From Eledone cirrhosa (Eukaryota), in assembly GCA_964016885.1 (NCBI GenBank), contig OZ024741.1:189534001-189598000 (forward strand): a stretch of 64,000 bases of DNA, read 5' to 3'. The notes beneath the pieces were generated by a model. The model saw only the letters and a program-made list of their open reading frames with translations. It ran no database searches and was not told where the DNA came from. The translations under genes were made by a program, and so were the position numbers. Positions within the stretch are counted from its first letter, which is position 1. Each line of letters begins with the position of its first letter. Of the stretch, positions 30,001-45,000 are shown in pieces.

Positions 30001-33000
30001 CCACTCTAAGAAAGTCACCAATCTCCAGCCACAACCCATTCAATCAATGACAAAATAAGTTTGCCAGATACTGCCAATCGATTATAAGAAAGTCACCAAT
30101 CTCCAGCCACAACCCATTCAATCAATGACAAAATAAGTTTGCCAGATACTGCCAATCCACTATAAGAAAGTCACCAATCTCCAGCCACAACCCATTCAAT
30201 CAATGACAAAATATGTTTGCCAGATACTGCCAATCCAGTATAAGAAAGTCACCAATCTCCAGCCACAACCCATTCAATCAATGACAAAATAAGTTTGCCA
30301 GATACTGCCAATCCACTATAAGAAAGTCACCAATCTCCAGCCACAACCCATTCAATCAATGACAAAATAAGTTTGCCAGATACTGCCAATCCACTCTAAG
30401 AAAGTCACCAATCTCCAGCCACAACCCATTCAATCAATGACAAAATAGTTTTGCCAGATACTGCCAATCCACTATAAGAAAGTCACCAATCTCCAGCCAC
30501 AATCCATTCAATCAATGACAAAATAAGTTTGCCAGATACTGCCAATCCACTCTAAGAAAGTCACCAATCTCCAGCCACAACCCATTCAATCAATGACAAA
30601 ATAAGTTTGCCAGATACTGCCAATCCACTATAAGAAAGTCACCAATCTGCAGCCACAACCCATTGAATCAATGACAAAATAGTTTTGCCAGATACTGCCA
30701 ATCCACTATAAGAAATTCACCAATCTCCAGCCACAGCCCATTCAATCAATCACAAAAAAAGTTTGCCAGATACTGCCAATCCACTATAAGAAACTCACCA
30801 ATCTCCAGCCACAACCCATTCAATCAATGACAAAATAAGTTTGCCAGATACTGCCAATCCACTATAAGAAAGTCACCAATCTCCAGCCACAACCCATTCA
30901 ATCAATGACAAAATAAGTTTGCCAGATACTGCCAATCCACTATAAGAAAGTCACCAATCTCCAGCCACAACCCATTCAATCAATGACAAAATAAGTTTGC
31001 CAGATACTGCCAATCCACTATAAGAAAGTCACCAATCTCCAGCCACAACCCATTGAATCAATGACAAAATAAGTTTCCCAGATACTGCCAATCCACTATA
31101 GGAAAGTCACCAATCTCCAGCCACAACCCATTGAATCAATGACAAAATAAGTTTCCCAGATACTGCCAATCCACTATAAGAAAGTCACCAATCTCCAGCC
31201 ACAACCCATTGAATCAATGACAAAATAAGTTTGCCAGATACTGCCAATCCACTATACGAAAGTCACCAATCTCCAGCCACAACCCATTCAATCAATGACA
31301 AAATAAGTTTGCCAGATACTGCCAATCCACTGTAAGAAAGTCACCAATCTCCAGCCACAACCCATTCAATCAATGACAATATAAGTTTGCCAGATACTGC
31401 CAATCCACTATAAGAAAGTCACGAATCTCCAGCCACAACCCATTCAATCAATGACAATATAAGTTTGCCAGATACTGCCAATCCACTATAAGAAAGTTAC
31501 CAATCTCCAGCCACATCCCATTCAATCAATGACAAAATAAGTTTGCCAGATACTGCCAATCCACTATAAGAAAGTCACCAATCTCCAGCCACAACCCATT
31601 CAATCAATGACAAAATAAGTTTGCCAGATACTGCCAATCCACTATAAGAAAGTCACCAATCTCCAGCCACAACCCATTCAATCAATGACAAAATAAGTTT
31701 GCCAGATACTGCCAATCCACTATAAGAAAGTCACCAATCTCCAGCCACAACCCATTCAATCAATGACAAAATAAGTTTGGCAGATACTGCCAATCCACTA
31801 TAAGAAAGTCACCAATCTCCAGCCACAACCCATTCAATCAATGACAAAATAAGTTTGCCAGATACTGCCAATCCACTATAAGAAAGTCACCAATCTCCAG
31901 CCACAACCCATTCAATCAATGACAAAATAAGTTTGCCAGATACTGACAATCCACTGTAAGAAAGTCACCAATCTCCAGCCACAACCCATTCAATCAATGA
32001 CAAAATAAGTTTGCCAGATACTGCCAATCCACCATAAGAAAGTCACCAATCTCCAGCCACAACCCATTCAATCAATGACAATATAAGTTTGCCAGATACT
32101 GCCAATCCACTATAAGAAAGTCACCAATCTCCAGCCACAACCCATTCAATCAATGACAAAATAAGTTTGTCAGATACTGCCAATCCACTGTAAGAAAGTC
32201 ACCAATCTCCAGCCACAACCCATTCAATCAATGACAATATAAGTTTGCCAGATACTGCCAATCCACTATAAGAAAGTCACGAATCTCCAGCCACAACCCA
32301 TTCAATCAATGACAATATAAGTTTGCCAGATACTGCCAATCCACTATAAGAAAGTCACCAATCTCCAGCCACAACCCATTCAATCAATGACAAAATAATT
32401 TTGCCAGATACTGCCAATCCACTATAAAAAAGTCACCAATCTCCAGCCACAACCCATTCAATCAATGACAAAATAAGTTTGCCAGATACTGCCAATCCAC
32501 TGTAAGAAAGTCACCAATCTCCAGCCACAACCCATTCAATCAATGACAATATAAGTTTGCCAGATACTGCCAATCCACTATAAGAAAGTCACCAATCTCC
32601 AGCCACAACCCATTCAATCAATGACAAAATAAGTTTGCCAGATACTGCCAATCCACTATAAGAAAGTCACCAATCTCCAACCACAACCCATTCAATCAAT
32701 GACAAAATAAGTTTGCCAGATACTGCCAATCCACTATAAGAAAGTCACCAATCTCCAGCCACAACCCATTCAATCAATGACAAAATAAGTTTGCCAGATA
32801 CTGCCAATCCACTATAAGAAAGTCACCAATCTCCAGCCACAACCCATTCAATCAATGACAAAATAAGTTTGCCAGATACTGCCAATCCACTATAAGAAAG
32901 TCACCAATCTCCAGCCACAACCCATTCAATCAATGACAAAATAAGTTTGCCAGATACTGCCAATCCACTATAAGAAAGTCACCAATCTCCAGCCACAACC

Positions 33001-36000
33001 CATTCAATCAATGACAAAATAAGTTTGCCAGATACTGCCAATCCACTATAAGAAAGTCACCAATCTCCAGCCACAACCCATTCAATCAATGACAAAATAA
33101 GTTTGCCAGATACTGCCAATCCACTGTAAGAAAGTCACCAATCTCCAGCCACAACCCATTCAATCAATGACAATATAAGTTTGCCAGATACTGCCAATCC
33201 ACTATAAGAAAGTCACGAATCTCCAGCCACAACCCATTCAATCAATGACAATATAAGTTTGCCAGATACTGCCAATCCACTATAAGAAAGTTACCAATCT
33301 CCAGCCACATCCCATTCAATCAATGACAAAATAAGTTTGCCAGATACTGCCAATCCACTATAAGAAAGTCACCAATCTCCAGCCACAACCCATTCAATCA
33401 ATGACAAAATAAGTTTGCCAGATACTGCCAATCCACTATAAGAAAGTCACCAATCTCCAGCCACAACCCATTCAATCAATGACAAAATAAGTTTGCCAGA
33501 TACTGCCAATCCACTATAAGAAAGTCACCAATCTCCAGCCACAACCCATTCAATCAATGACAAAATAAGTTTGCCAGATACTGCCAATCCACTATAAGAA
33601 AGTCACCAATCTCCAGCCACAACCCATTCAATCAATGACAAAATAGGTTTGCCAGATACTGCCAATCCACTATAAGAAAGTCACCAATCTCGAGCCACAA
33701 CCCATTCAATCAATGACAAAATAAGTTTGCCAGATACTGCCAATCCACTATAAGAAAGTCACCAATCTCCAGCCACAACCCATTCAATCAATGACAAAAT
33801 AAGTTTGCCAGATACTGCCAATCCACTATAAGAAAGTCACCAATCTCCAACCACAACCCATTCAATCAATGACAAAATAAGTTTGCCAGATACTGCCGAT
33901 CCACTGTAAGAAAGTCACCAATCTCCAGCCACAACCCATTCAATCAATGACAATATAAGTTTGCCAGATACTGCCAATCCACTATAAGAAAGTCACCAAT
34001 CTCCAGCCACAACCCATTCAATCAATGACAAAATAAGTTTGCCAGATACTGCCAATCCACTATAAGAAAGTCACCAATCTCCAGCCACAACCCATTCAAT
34101 CAATGACAAAATAAGTTTGCCAGATACTGCCAATCGATTATAAGAAAGTCACCAATCTCCAGCCACAACCCATTCAATCAATGACAAAATAAGTTTGCCA
34201 GATACTGCCAATCCACTATAAGAAAGTCACCAATCTCCAGCCACAACCCATTCAATCAATGACAAAATATGTTTGCCAGATACTGCCAATCCAGTATAAG
34301 AAAGTCACCAATCTCCAGCCACAACCCATTCAATCAATGACAAAATAAGTTTGCCAGATACTGCCAATCCACTATAAGAAAGTCACCAATCTCCAGCCAC
34401 AACCCATTCAATCAATGACAAAATAAGTTTGCCAGATACTGCCAATCCACTCTAAAAAAGTCACCAATCTCCAGCCACAACCCATTCAATCAATGACAAA
34501 ATAGTTTTGCCAGATACTGCCAATCCACTATAAGAAAGTCACCAATCTCCAGTCACAACCCATTCAATCAATGACAAAATAAGTTTGCCAGATACTGCCA
34601 ATCCACTCTAAGAAAGTCACCAATCTCCAGCCACAACCCATTCAATCAATGACAAAATAAGTTTGCCAGATACTGCCAATCCACTATAAGAAAGTCACCA
34701 ATCTCCAGCCACAACCCATTGAATCAATGACAAAATAGTTTTGCCAGATACTGCCAATCCACTATAAGAAATTCACCAATCTCCAGCCACAGCCCATTCA
34801 ATCAATCACAAAAAAAGTTTGCCAGATACTGCCAATCCACTATAAGAAACTCACCAATCTCCAGCCACAACCCATTCAATCAATGACAAAATAAGTTTGC
34901 CAGATACTGCCAATCCACTATAAGAAAGTCACCAATCTCCAGCCACAACCCATTCAATCAATGACAAAATAAGTTTGCCAGATACTGCCAATCCACTATA
35001 AGAAAGTCACCAATCTCCAGCCACAACCCATTCAATCAATGACAAAATAAGTTTGCCAGATACTGCCAATCCACTATAAGAAAGTCACCAATCTCCAGCC
35101 ACAACCCATTGAATCAATGACAAAATAAGTTTCCCAGATACTGCCAATCCACTATAGGAAAGTCACCAATCTCCAGCCACAACCCATTGAATCAATGACA
35201 AAATAAGTTTCCCAGATACTGCCAATCCACTATAAGAAAGTCACCAATCTCCAGCCACAACCCATTGAATCAATGACAAAATAAGTTTGCCAGATACTGC
35301 CAATCCACTATACGAAAGTCACCAATCTCCAGCCACAACCCATTCAATCAATGACAAAATAAGTTTGCCAGATACTGCCAATCCACTGTAAGAAAGTCAC
35401 CAATCTCCAGCCACAACCCATTCAATCAATGACAATATAAGTTTGCCAGATACTGCCAATCCACTATAAGAAAGTCACGAATCTCCAGCCACAACCCATT
35501 CAATCAATGACAATATAAGTTTGCCAGATACTGCCAATCCACTATAAGAAAGTTACCAATCTCCAGCCACATCCCATTCAATCAATGACAAAATAAGTTT
35601 GCCAGATACTGCCAATCCACTATAAGAAAGTCACCAATCTCCAGCCACAACCCATTCAATCAATGACAAAATAAGTTTGCCAGATACTGCCAATCCACTA
35701 TAAGAAAGTCACCAATCTCCAGCCACAACCCATTCAATCAATGACAAAATAAGTTTGCCAGATACTGCCAATCCACTATAAGAAAGTCACCAATCTCCAG
35801 CCACAACCCATTCAATCAATGACAAAATAAGTTTGCCAGATACTGCCAATCCACTATAAGAAAGTCACCAATCTCCAGCCACAACCCATTCAATCAATGA
35901 CAAAATAGGTTTGCCAGATACTGCCAATCCACTATAAGAAAGTCACCAATCTCGAGCCACAACCCATTCAATCAATGACAAAATAAGTTTGCCAGATACT

Positions 36001-39000
36001 GCCAATCCACTATAAGAAAGTCACCAATCTCCAGCCACAAGCCATTCAATCAATGACAAAATAAGTTTGCCAGATACTGCCAATCCACTATAAGAAAGTC
36101 ACCAATCTCCAGCCACAACCCATTCAATCAATGACAAAATAAGTTTGCCAGATACTGCCGATCCACTGTAAGAAAGTCACCAATCTCCAGCCACAACCCA
36201 TTCAATCAATGACAATATAAGTTTGCCAGATACTGCCAATCCACTATAAGAAAGTCACCAATCTCCAGCCACAACCCATTCAATCAATGACAAAATAAGT
36301 TTGCCAGATAGTGCCAATCCACTATAAGAAAGTCACCAATCTCCAGCCACAACCCATTCAATCAATGACAAAATAAGTTTGCCAGATACTGCCAATCCAC
36401 TATAAGAAAGTCACCAATCTCCAGCCACAACCCATTCAATCAATGACAAAATAAGTTTGCCAGATACTGCCAATCCACTATAAGAAAGTCACCAATCTCC
36501 AGCCACAACCCATTCAATCAATGACAAAATAAGTTTGCCAGATACTGCCAATCCACTCTAAGAAAGTCACCAATCTCCAGCCACAACCCATTCAATCAAT
36601 GACAAAATAAGTTTGCCAGATACTGCCAATCGATTATAAGAAAGTCACCAATCTCCAGCCACAACCCATTCAATCAATGACAAAATAAGTTTGCCAGATA
36701 CTGCCAATCCACTATAAGAAAGTCACCAATCTCGAGCCACAACCCATTCAATCAATGACAAAATAAGTTTGCCAGATACTGCCAATCCACTATAAGAAAG
36801 TCACCAATCTCCAGCCACAACCCATTCAATCAATGACAAAATAAGTTTGCCAGATACTGCCAATCCACTATAAGAAAGTCACCAATCTCCAACCACAACC
36901 CATTCAATCAATGACAAAATAAGTTTGCCAGATACTGCCGATCCACTGTAAGAAAGTCACCAATCTCCAGCCACAACCCATTCAATCAATGACAATATAA
37001 GTTTGCCAGATACTGCCAATCCACTATAAGAAAGTCACCAATCTCCAGCCACAACCCATTCAATCAATGACAAAATAAGTTTGCCAGATACTGCCAATCC
37101 ACTATAAGAAAGTCACCAATCTCCAGCCACAACCCATTCAATCAATGACAAAATAAGTTTGCCAGATACTGCCAATCGATTATAAGAAAGTCACCAATCT
37201 CCAGCCACAACCCATTCAATCAATGACAAAATAAGTTTGCCAGATACTGCCAATCCACTATAAGAAAGTCACCAATCTCCAGCCACAACCCATTCAATCA
37301 ATGACAAAATATGTTTGCCAGATACTGCCAATCCAGTATAAGAAAGTCACCAATCTCCAGCCACAACCCATTCAATCAATGACAAAATAAGTTTGCCAGA
37401 TACTGCCAATCCACTATAAGAAAGTCACCAATCTCCAGCCACAACCCATTCAATCAATGACAAAATAAGTTTGCCAGATACTGCCAATCCACTCTAAAAA
37501 AGTCACCAATCTCCAGCCACAACCCATTCAATCAATGACAAAATAGTTTTGCCAGATACTGCCAATCCACTATAAGAAAGTCACCAATCTCCAGTCACAA
37601 CCCATTCAATCAATGACAAAATAAGTTTGCCAGATACTGCCAATCCACTCTAAGAAAGTCACCAATCTCCAGCCACAACCCATTCAATCAATGACAAAAT
37701 AAGTTTGCCAGATACTGCCAATCCACTATAAGAAAGTCACCAATCTCCAGCCACAACCCATTGAATCAATGACAAAATAGTTTTGCCAGATACTGCCAAT
37801 CCACTATAAGAAATTCACCAATCTCCAGCCACAGCCCATTCAATCAATCACAAAAAAAGTTTGCCAGATACTGCCAATCCACTATAAGAAACTCACCAAT
37901 CTCCAGCCACAACCCATTCAATCAATGACAAAATAAGTTTGCCAGATACTGCCAATCCACTATAAGAAAGTCACCAATCTCCAGCCACAACCCATTCAAT
38001 CAATGACAAAATAAGTTTGCCAGATACTGCCAATCCACTATAAGAAAGTCACCAATCTCCAGCCACAACCCATTCAATCAATGACAAAATAAGTTTGCCA
38101 GATACTGCCAATCCACTATAAGAAAGTCACCAATCTCCAGCCACAACCCATTGAATCAATGACAAAATAAGTTTCCCAGATACTGCCAATCCACTATAGG
38201 AAAGTCACCAATCTCCAGCCACAACCCATTGAATCAATGACAAAATAAGTTTCCCAGATACTGCCAATCCACTATAAGAAAGTCACCAATCTCCAGCCAC
38301 AACCCATTGAATCAATGACAAAATAAGTTTGCCAGATACTGCCAATCCACTATACGAAAGTCACCAATCTCCAGCCACAACCCATTCAATCAATGACAAA
38401 ATAAGTTTGCCAGATACTGCCAATCCACTGTAAGAAAGTCACCAATCTCCAGCCACAACCCATTCAATCAATGACAATATAAGTTTGCCAGATACTGCCA
38501 ATCCACTATAAGAAAGTCACGAATCTCCAGCCACAACCCATTCAATCAATGACAATATAAGTTTGCCAGATACTGCCAATCCACTATAAGAAAGTTACCA
38601 ATCTCCAGCCACATCCCATTCAATCAATGACAAAATAAGTTTGCCAGATACTGCCAATCCACTATAAGAAAGTCACCAATCTCCAGCCACAACCCATTCA
38701 ATCAATGACAAAATAAGTTTGCCAGATACTGCCAATCCACTATAAGAAAGTCACCAATCTCCAGCCACAACCCATTCAATCAATGACAAAATAAGTTTGC
38801 CAGATACTGCCAATCCACTATAAGAAAGTCACCAATCTCCAGCCACAACCCATTCAATCAATGACAAAATAAGTTTGCCAGATACTGCCAATCCACTATA
38901 AGAAAGTCACCAATCTCCAGCCACAACCCATTCAATCAATGACAAAATAGGTTTGCCAGATACTGCCAATCCACTATAAGAAAGTCACCAATCTCGAGCC

Positions 39001-42000
39001 ACAACCCATTCAATCAATGACAAAATAAGTTTGCCAGATACTGCCAATCCACTATAAGAAAGTCACCAATCTCCAGCCACAAGCCATTCAATCAATGACA
39101 AAATAAGTTTGCCAGATACTGCCAATCCACTATAAGAAAGTCACCAATCTCCAGCCACAACCCATTCAATCAATGACAAAATAAGTTTGCCAGATACTGC
39201 CGATCCACTGTAAGAAAGTCACCAATCTCCAGCCACAACCCATTCAATCAATGACAATATAAGTTTGCCAGATACTGCCAATCCACTATAAGAAAGTCAC
39301 CAATCTCCAGCCACAACCCATTCAATCAATGACAAAATAAGTTTGCCAGATAGTGCCAATCCACTATAAGAAAGTCACCAATCTCCAGCCACAACCCATT
39401 CAATCAATGACAAAATAAGTTTGCCAGATACTGCCAATCCACTATAAGAAAGTCACCAATCTCCAGCCACAACCCATTCAATCAATGACAAAATAAGTTT
39501 GCCAGATACTGCCAATCCACTATAAGAAAGTCACCAATCTCCAGCCACAACCCATTCAATCAATGACAAAATAAGTTTGCCAGATACTGCCAATCCACTC
39601 TAAGAAAGTCACCAATCTCCAGCCACAACCCATTCAATCAATGACAAAATAAGTTTGCCAGATACTGCCAATCGATTATAAGAAAGTCACCAATCTCCAG
39701 CCACAACCCATTCAATCAATGACAAAATAAGTTTGCCAGATACTGCCAATCCACTATAAGAAAGTCACCAATCTCCAGCCACAACCCATTCAATCAATGA
39801 CAAAATATGTTTGCCAGATACTGCCAATCCAGTATAAGAAAGTCACCAATCTCCAGCCACAACCCATTCAATCAATGACAAAATAAGTTTGCCAGATACT
39901 GCCAATCCACTATAAGAAAGTCACCAATCTCCAGCCACAACCCATTAAATCAATGACAAAATAAGTTTGCCAGATACTGCCAATCCACTCTAAGAAAGTC
40001 ACCAATCTCCAGCCACAACCCATTCAATCAATGACAAAATAGTTTTGCCAGATACTGCCAATCCACTATAAGAAAGTCACCAATCTCCAGCCACAACCCA
40101 TTCAATCAATGACAAAATAAGTTTGCCAGATACTGCCAATCCACTCTAAGAAAGTCACCAATCTCCAGCCACAACCCATTCAATCAATGACAAAATAAGT
40201 TTGCCAGATACTGCCAATCCACTATAAGAAAGTCACCAATCTCCAGCCACAACCCATTGAATCAATGACAAAATAGTTTTGCCAGATACTGCCAATCCAC
40301 TATAAGAAATTCACCAATCTCCAGCCACAGCCCATTCAATCAATCACAAAAAAAGTTTGCCAGATACTGCCAATCCACTATAAGAAACTCACCAATCTCC
40401 AGCCACAACCCATTCAATCAATGACAAAATAAGTTTGCCAGATACTGCCAATCCACTATAAGAAAGTCACCAATCTCCAGCCACAACCCATTCAATCAAT
40501 GACAAAATAAGTTTGCCAGATACTGCCAATCCACTATAAGAAAGTCACCAATCTCCAGCCACAACCCATTCAATCAATGACAAAATAAGTTTGCCAGATA
40601 CTGCCAATCCACTATAAGAAAGTCACCAATCTCCAGCCACAACCCATTGAATCAATGACAAAATAAGTTTCCCAGATACTGCCAATCCACTATAGGAAAG
40701 TCACCAATCTCCAGCCACAACCCATTGAATCAATGACAAAATAAGTTTCCCAGATACTGCCAATCCACTATAAGAAAGTCACCAATCTCCAGCCACAACC
40801 CATTGAATCAATGACAAAATAAGTTTGCCAGATACTGCCAATCCACTATACGAAAGTCACCAATCTCCAGCCACAACCCATTGAATCAATGACAAAATAA
40901 GTTTCCCAGATACTGCCAATCCACTATACGAAAGTCACCAATCTCCAGCCACAACCCATTGAATCAATGACGAAATAAGTTTCCCAGATACTGCCAATCC
41001 ACTATAAGAAAGTCACCAATCTCCAGCCACAACCCATTGAATCAATGACAAAATAAGTTTCCCAGATACTGCCAATCCACTATACGAAAGTCACCAATCT
41101 CCAGCCACAACCCATTGAATCAATGACAAAATAAGTTTCCCAGATACTGCCAATCCACTATACGAAAGTCACCAATCTCCAGCCACAACCCATTGAATCA
41201 ATGTCAAAATAAGTTTCCCAGATACTGCCAATCCACTATACGAAAGTCACCAATCTCCAGCCACAACCCATTCAATCAATGACAAAATAAGATTCCCAGA
41301 TACTGCCAATCCACTATAAGAAAGTCACCAATCTCCAGCCACAACCCATTCAATCAATGACAAAATAAGTTTGCCAGATACTGCCAATCCCCTCTAAGAA
41401 AGTCACCAATCTCCAGCCTCAACCCATTCAATCAATGACAAAATAAGTTTGCCAGATACTGCCAATCCACTATAAGAAAGTCACCAATCTCCAGCCACAA
41501 CCCATTCAATCATTGACAAAATAAGTTTGCCAGATACTGCCAATCCACTATATGAACGTCACCAATCTCCAGCCACAACCCATTGAATCAATGACAAAAT
41601 AAGTTTGCCAGATACTGCCAATCCACTATAAGAAAGTAACCAATCTCCAGCCACAACCCATTCAATCAATGACAAAATAAGTTTGCCAGATACTGCCAAT
41701 CCACTATAAGAAAGGCACCAATCTCCAGCCACAACCCATTGAATCAATGACAAAATAAGTTTCGCAGATACTGCCAATCCACTATACGAAAGTCACCAAT
41801 CTCCAGCCACAACCCATTGAATCAATGACAAAATAAGTTTCCCAGATACTGCCAATCCACTATATGAAAGTCACCAATCTCCAGCCACAACCCATTCAAT
41901 CAATGCCAAAATAAGTTTCCCAGATACTACCAATCCACTATATGAAAGTCACCAATCTCCAGCCACAACCCATTGAATCAATGACAAAATAAGTTTGCCA

Positions 42001-45000
42001 GATACTGCCAATCCACTATATGAAAGTCACCAATCTCCAGCCACAACCCATTCAATCAATGACAAAATAAGTTTGCCAGATACTGCCAATCCACTATATG
42101 AAAGTCACCAATCTCCAGCCACAACCCATTCAATCAATGACAAAATAAGTTTCCCAGATACTGCCAATCCACTATACGAAAGTCACCAATCTCCAGCCAC
42201 AACCCATTGAATCAATGACAAAATAAGTTTCCCAGATACTGCCAATCCACTATACGAAAGTCACCAATCTCCAGCCACAACCCATTGAATCAATGACAAA
42301 ATAAGTTTCCCAGATACTGCCAATCCACTATAAGAAAGTCACCAATCTCCAACCACAACCCATTGAATCAATGACAAAATAAGTTTCCCAGATACTGCCA
42401 ATCCACTATACGAAAGTCACCAATCTCCAGCCACAACCCATTGAATCAATGACAATATAAGTTTGCCAGATACTGCCAATCCACTATAAGAAAGTCACCA
42501 ATCTCCAGCCACAAGCCATTCAATCAATGACAAAATAAGTTTGCCAGATACTGCCAATCCACTATAAGAAAGTCACCAATCTCCAGCCACAACCCATTCA
42601 ATCAATGACAAAATAAGTTTGCCAGATACTGCCGATCCACTGTAAGAAAGTCACCAATCTCCAGCCACAACCCATTCAATCAATGACAATATAAGTTTGC
42701 CAGATACTGCCAATCCACTATAAGAAAGTCACCAATCTCCAGCCACAACCCATTCAATCAATGACAAAATAAGTTTGCCAGATAGTGCCAATCCACTATA
42801 AGAAAGTCACCAATCTCCAGCCACAACCCATTCAATCAATGACAAAATAAGTTTGCCAGATACTGCCAATCCACTATAAGAAAGTCACCAATCTCCAGCC
42901 ACAACCCATTCAATCAATGACAAAATAAGTTTGCCAGATACTGCCAATCCACTATAAGAAAGTCACCAATCTCCAGCCACAACCCATTCAATCAATGACA
43001 AAATAAGTTTGCCAGATACTGCCAATCCACTCTAAGAAAGTCACCAATCTCCAGCCACAACCCATTCAATCAATGACAAAATAAGTTTGCCAGATACTGC
43101 CAATCGATTATAAGAAAGTCACCAATCTCCAGCCACAACCCATTCAATCAATGACAAAATAAGTTTGCCAGATACTGCCAATCCACTATAAGAAAGTCAC
43201 CAATCTCCAGCCACAACCCATTCAATCAATGACAAAATATGTTTGCCAGATACTGCCAATCCAGTATAAGAAAGTCACCAATCTCCAGCCACAACCCATT
43301 CAATCAATGACAAAATAAGTTTGCCAGATACTGCCAATCCACTATAAGAAAGTCACCAATCTCCAGCCACAACCCATTAAATCAATGACAAAATAAGTTT
43401 GCCAGATACTGCCAATCCACTCTAAGAAAGTCACCAATCTCCAGCCACAACCCATTCAATCAATGACAAAATAGTTTTGCCAGATACTGCCAATCCACTA
43501 TAAGAAAGTCACCAATCTCCAGCCACAACCCATTCAATCAATGACAAAATAAGTTTGCCAGATACTGCCAATCCACTCTAAGAAAGTCACCAATCTCCAG
43601 CCACAACCCATTCAATCAATGACAAAATAAGTTTGCCAGATACTGCCAATCCACTATAAGAAAGTCACCAATCTCCAGCCACAACCCATTGAATCAATGA
43701 CAAAATAGTTTTGCCAGATACTGCCAATCCACTATAAGAAATTCACCAATCTCCAGCCACAGCCCATTCAATCAATCACAAAAAAAGTTTGCCAGATACT
43801 GCCAATCCACTATAAGAAACTCACCAATCTCCAGCCACAACCCATTCAATCAATGACAAAATAAGTTTGCCAGATACTGCCAATCCACTATAAGAAAGTC
43901 ACCAATCTCCAGCCACAACCCATTCAATCAATGACAAAATAAGTTTGCCAGATACTGCCAATCCACTATAAGAAAGTCACCAATCTCCAGCCACAACCCA
44001 TTCAATCAATGACAAAATAAGTTTGCCAGATACTGCCAATCCACTATAAGAAAGTCACCAATCTCCAGCCACAACCCATTGAATCAATGACAAAATAAGT
44101 TTCCCAGATACTGCCAATCCACTATAGGAAAGTCACCAATCTCCAGCCACAACCCATTGAATCAATGACAAAATAAGTTTCCCAGATACTGCCAATCCAC
44201 TATAAGAAAGTCACCAATCTCCAGCCACAACCCATTGAATCAATGACAAAATAAGTTTGCCAGATACTGCCAATCCACTATACGAAAGTCACCAATCTCC
44301 AGCCACAACCCATTGAATCAATGACAAAATAAGTTTCCCAGATACTGCCAATCCACTATACGAAAGTCACCAATCTCCAGCCACAACCCATTGAATCAAT
44401 GACGAAATAAGTTTCCCAGATACTGCCAATCCACTATAAGAAAGTCACCAATCTCCAGCCACAACCCATTGAATCAATGACAAAATAAGTTTCCCAGATA
44501 CTGCCAATCCACTATACGAAAGTCACCAATCTCCAGCCACAACCCATTGAATCAATGACAAAATAAGTTTCCCAGATACTGCCAATCCACTATACGAAAG
44601 TCACCAATCTCCAGCCACAACCCATTGAATCAATGTCAAAATAAGTTTCCCAGATACTGCCAATCCACTATACGAAAGTCACCAATCTCCAGCCACAACC
44701 CATTCAATCAATGACAAAATAAGATTCCCAGATACTGCCAATCCACTATAAGAAAGTCACCAATCTCCAGCCACAACCCATTCAATCAATGACAAAATAA
44801 GTTTGCCAGATACTGCCAATCCCCTCTAAGAAAGTCACCAATCTCCAGCCTCAACCCATTCAATCAATGACAAAATAAGTTTGCCAGATACTGCCAATCC
44901 ACTATAAGAAAGTCACCAATCTCCAGCCACAACCCATTCAATCATTGACAAAATAAGTTTGCCAGATACTGCCAATCCACTATATGAACGTCACCAATCT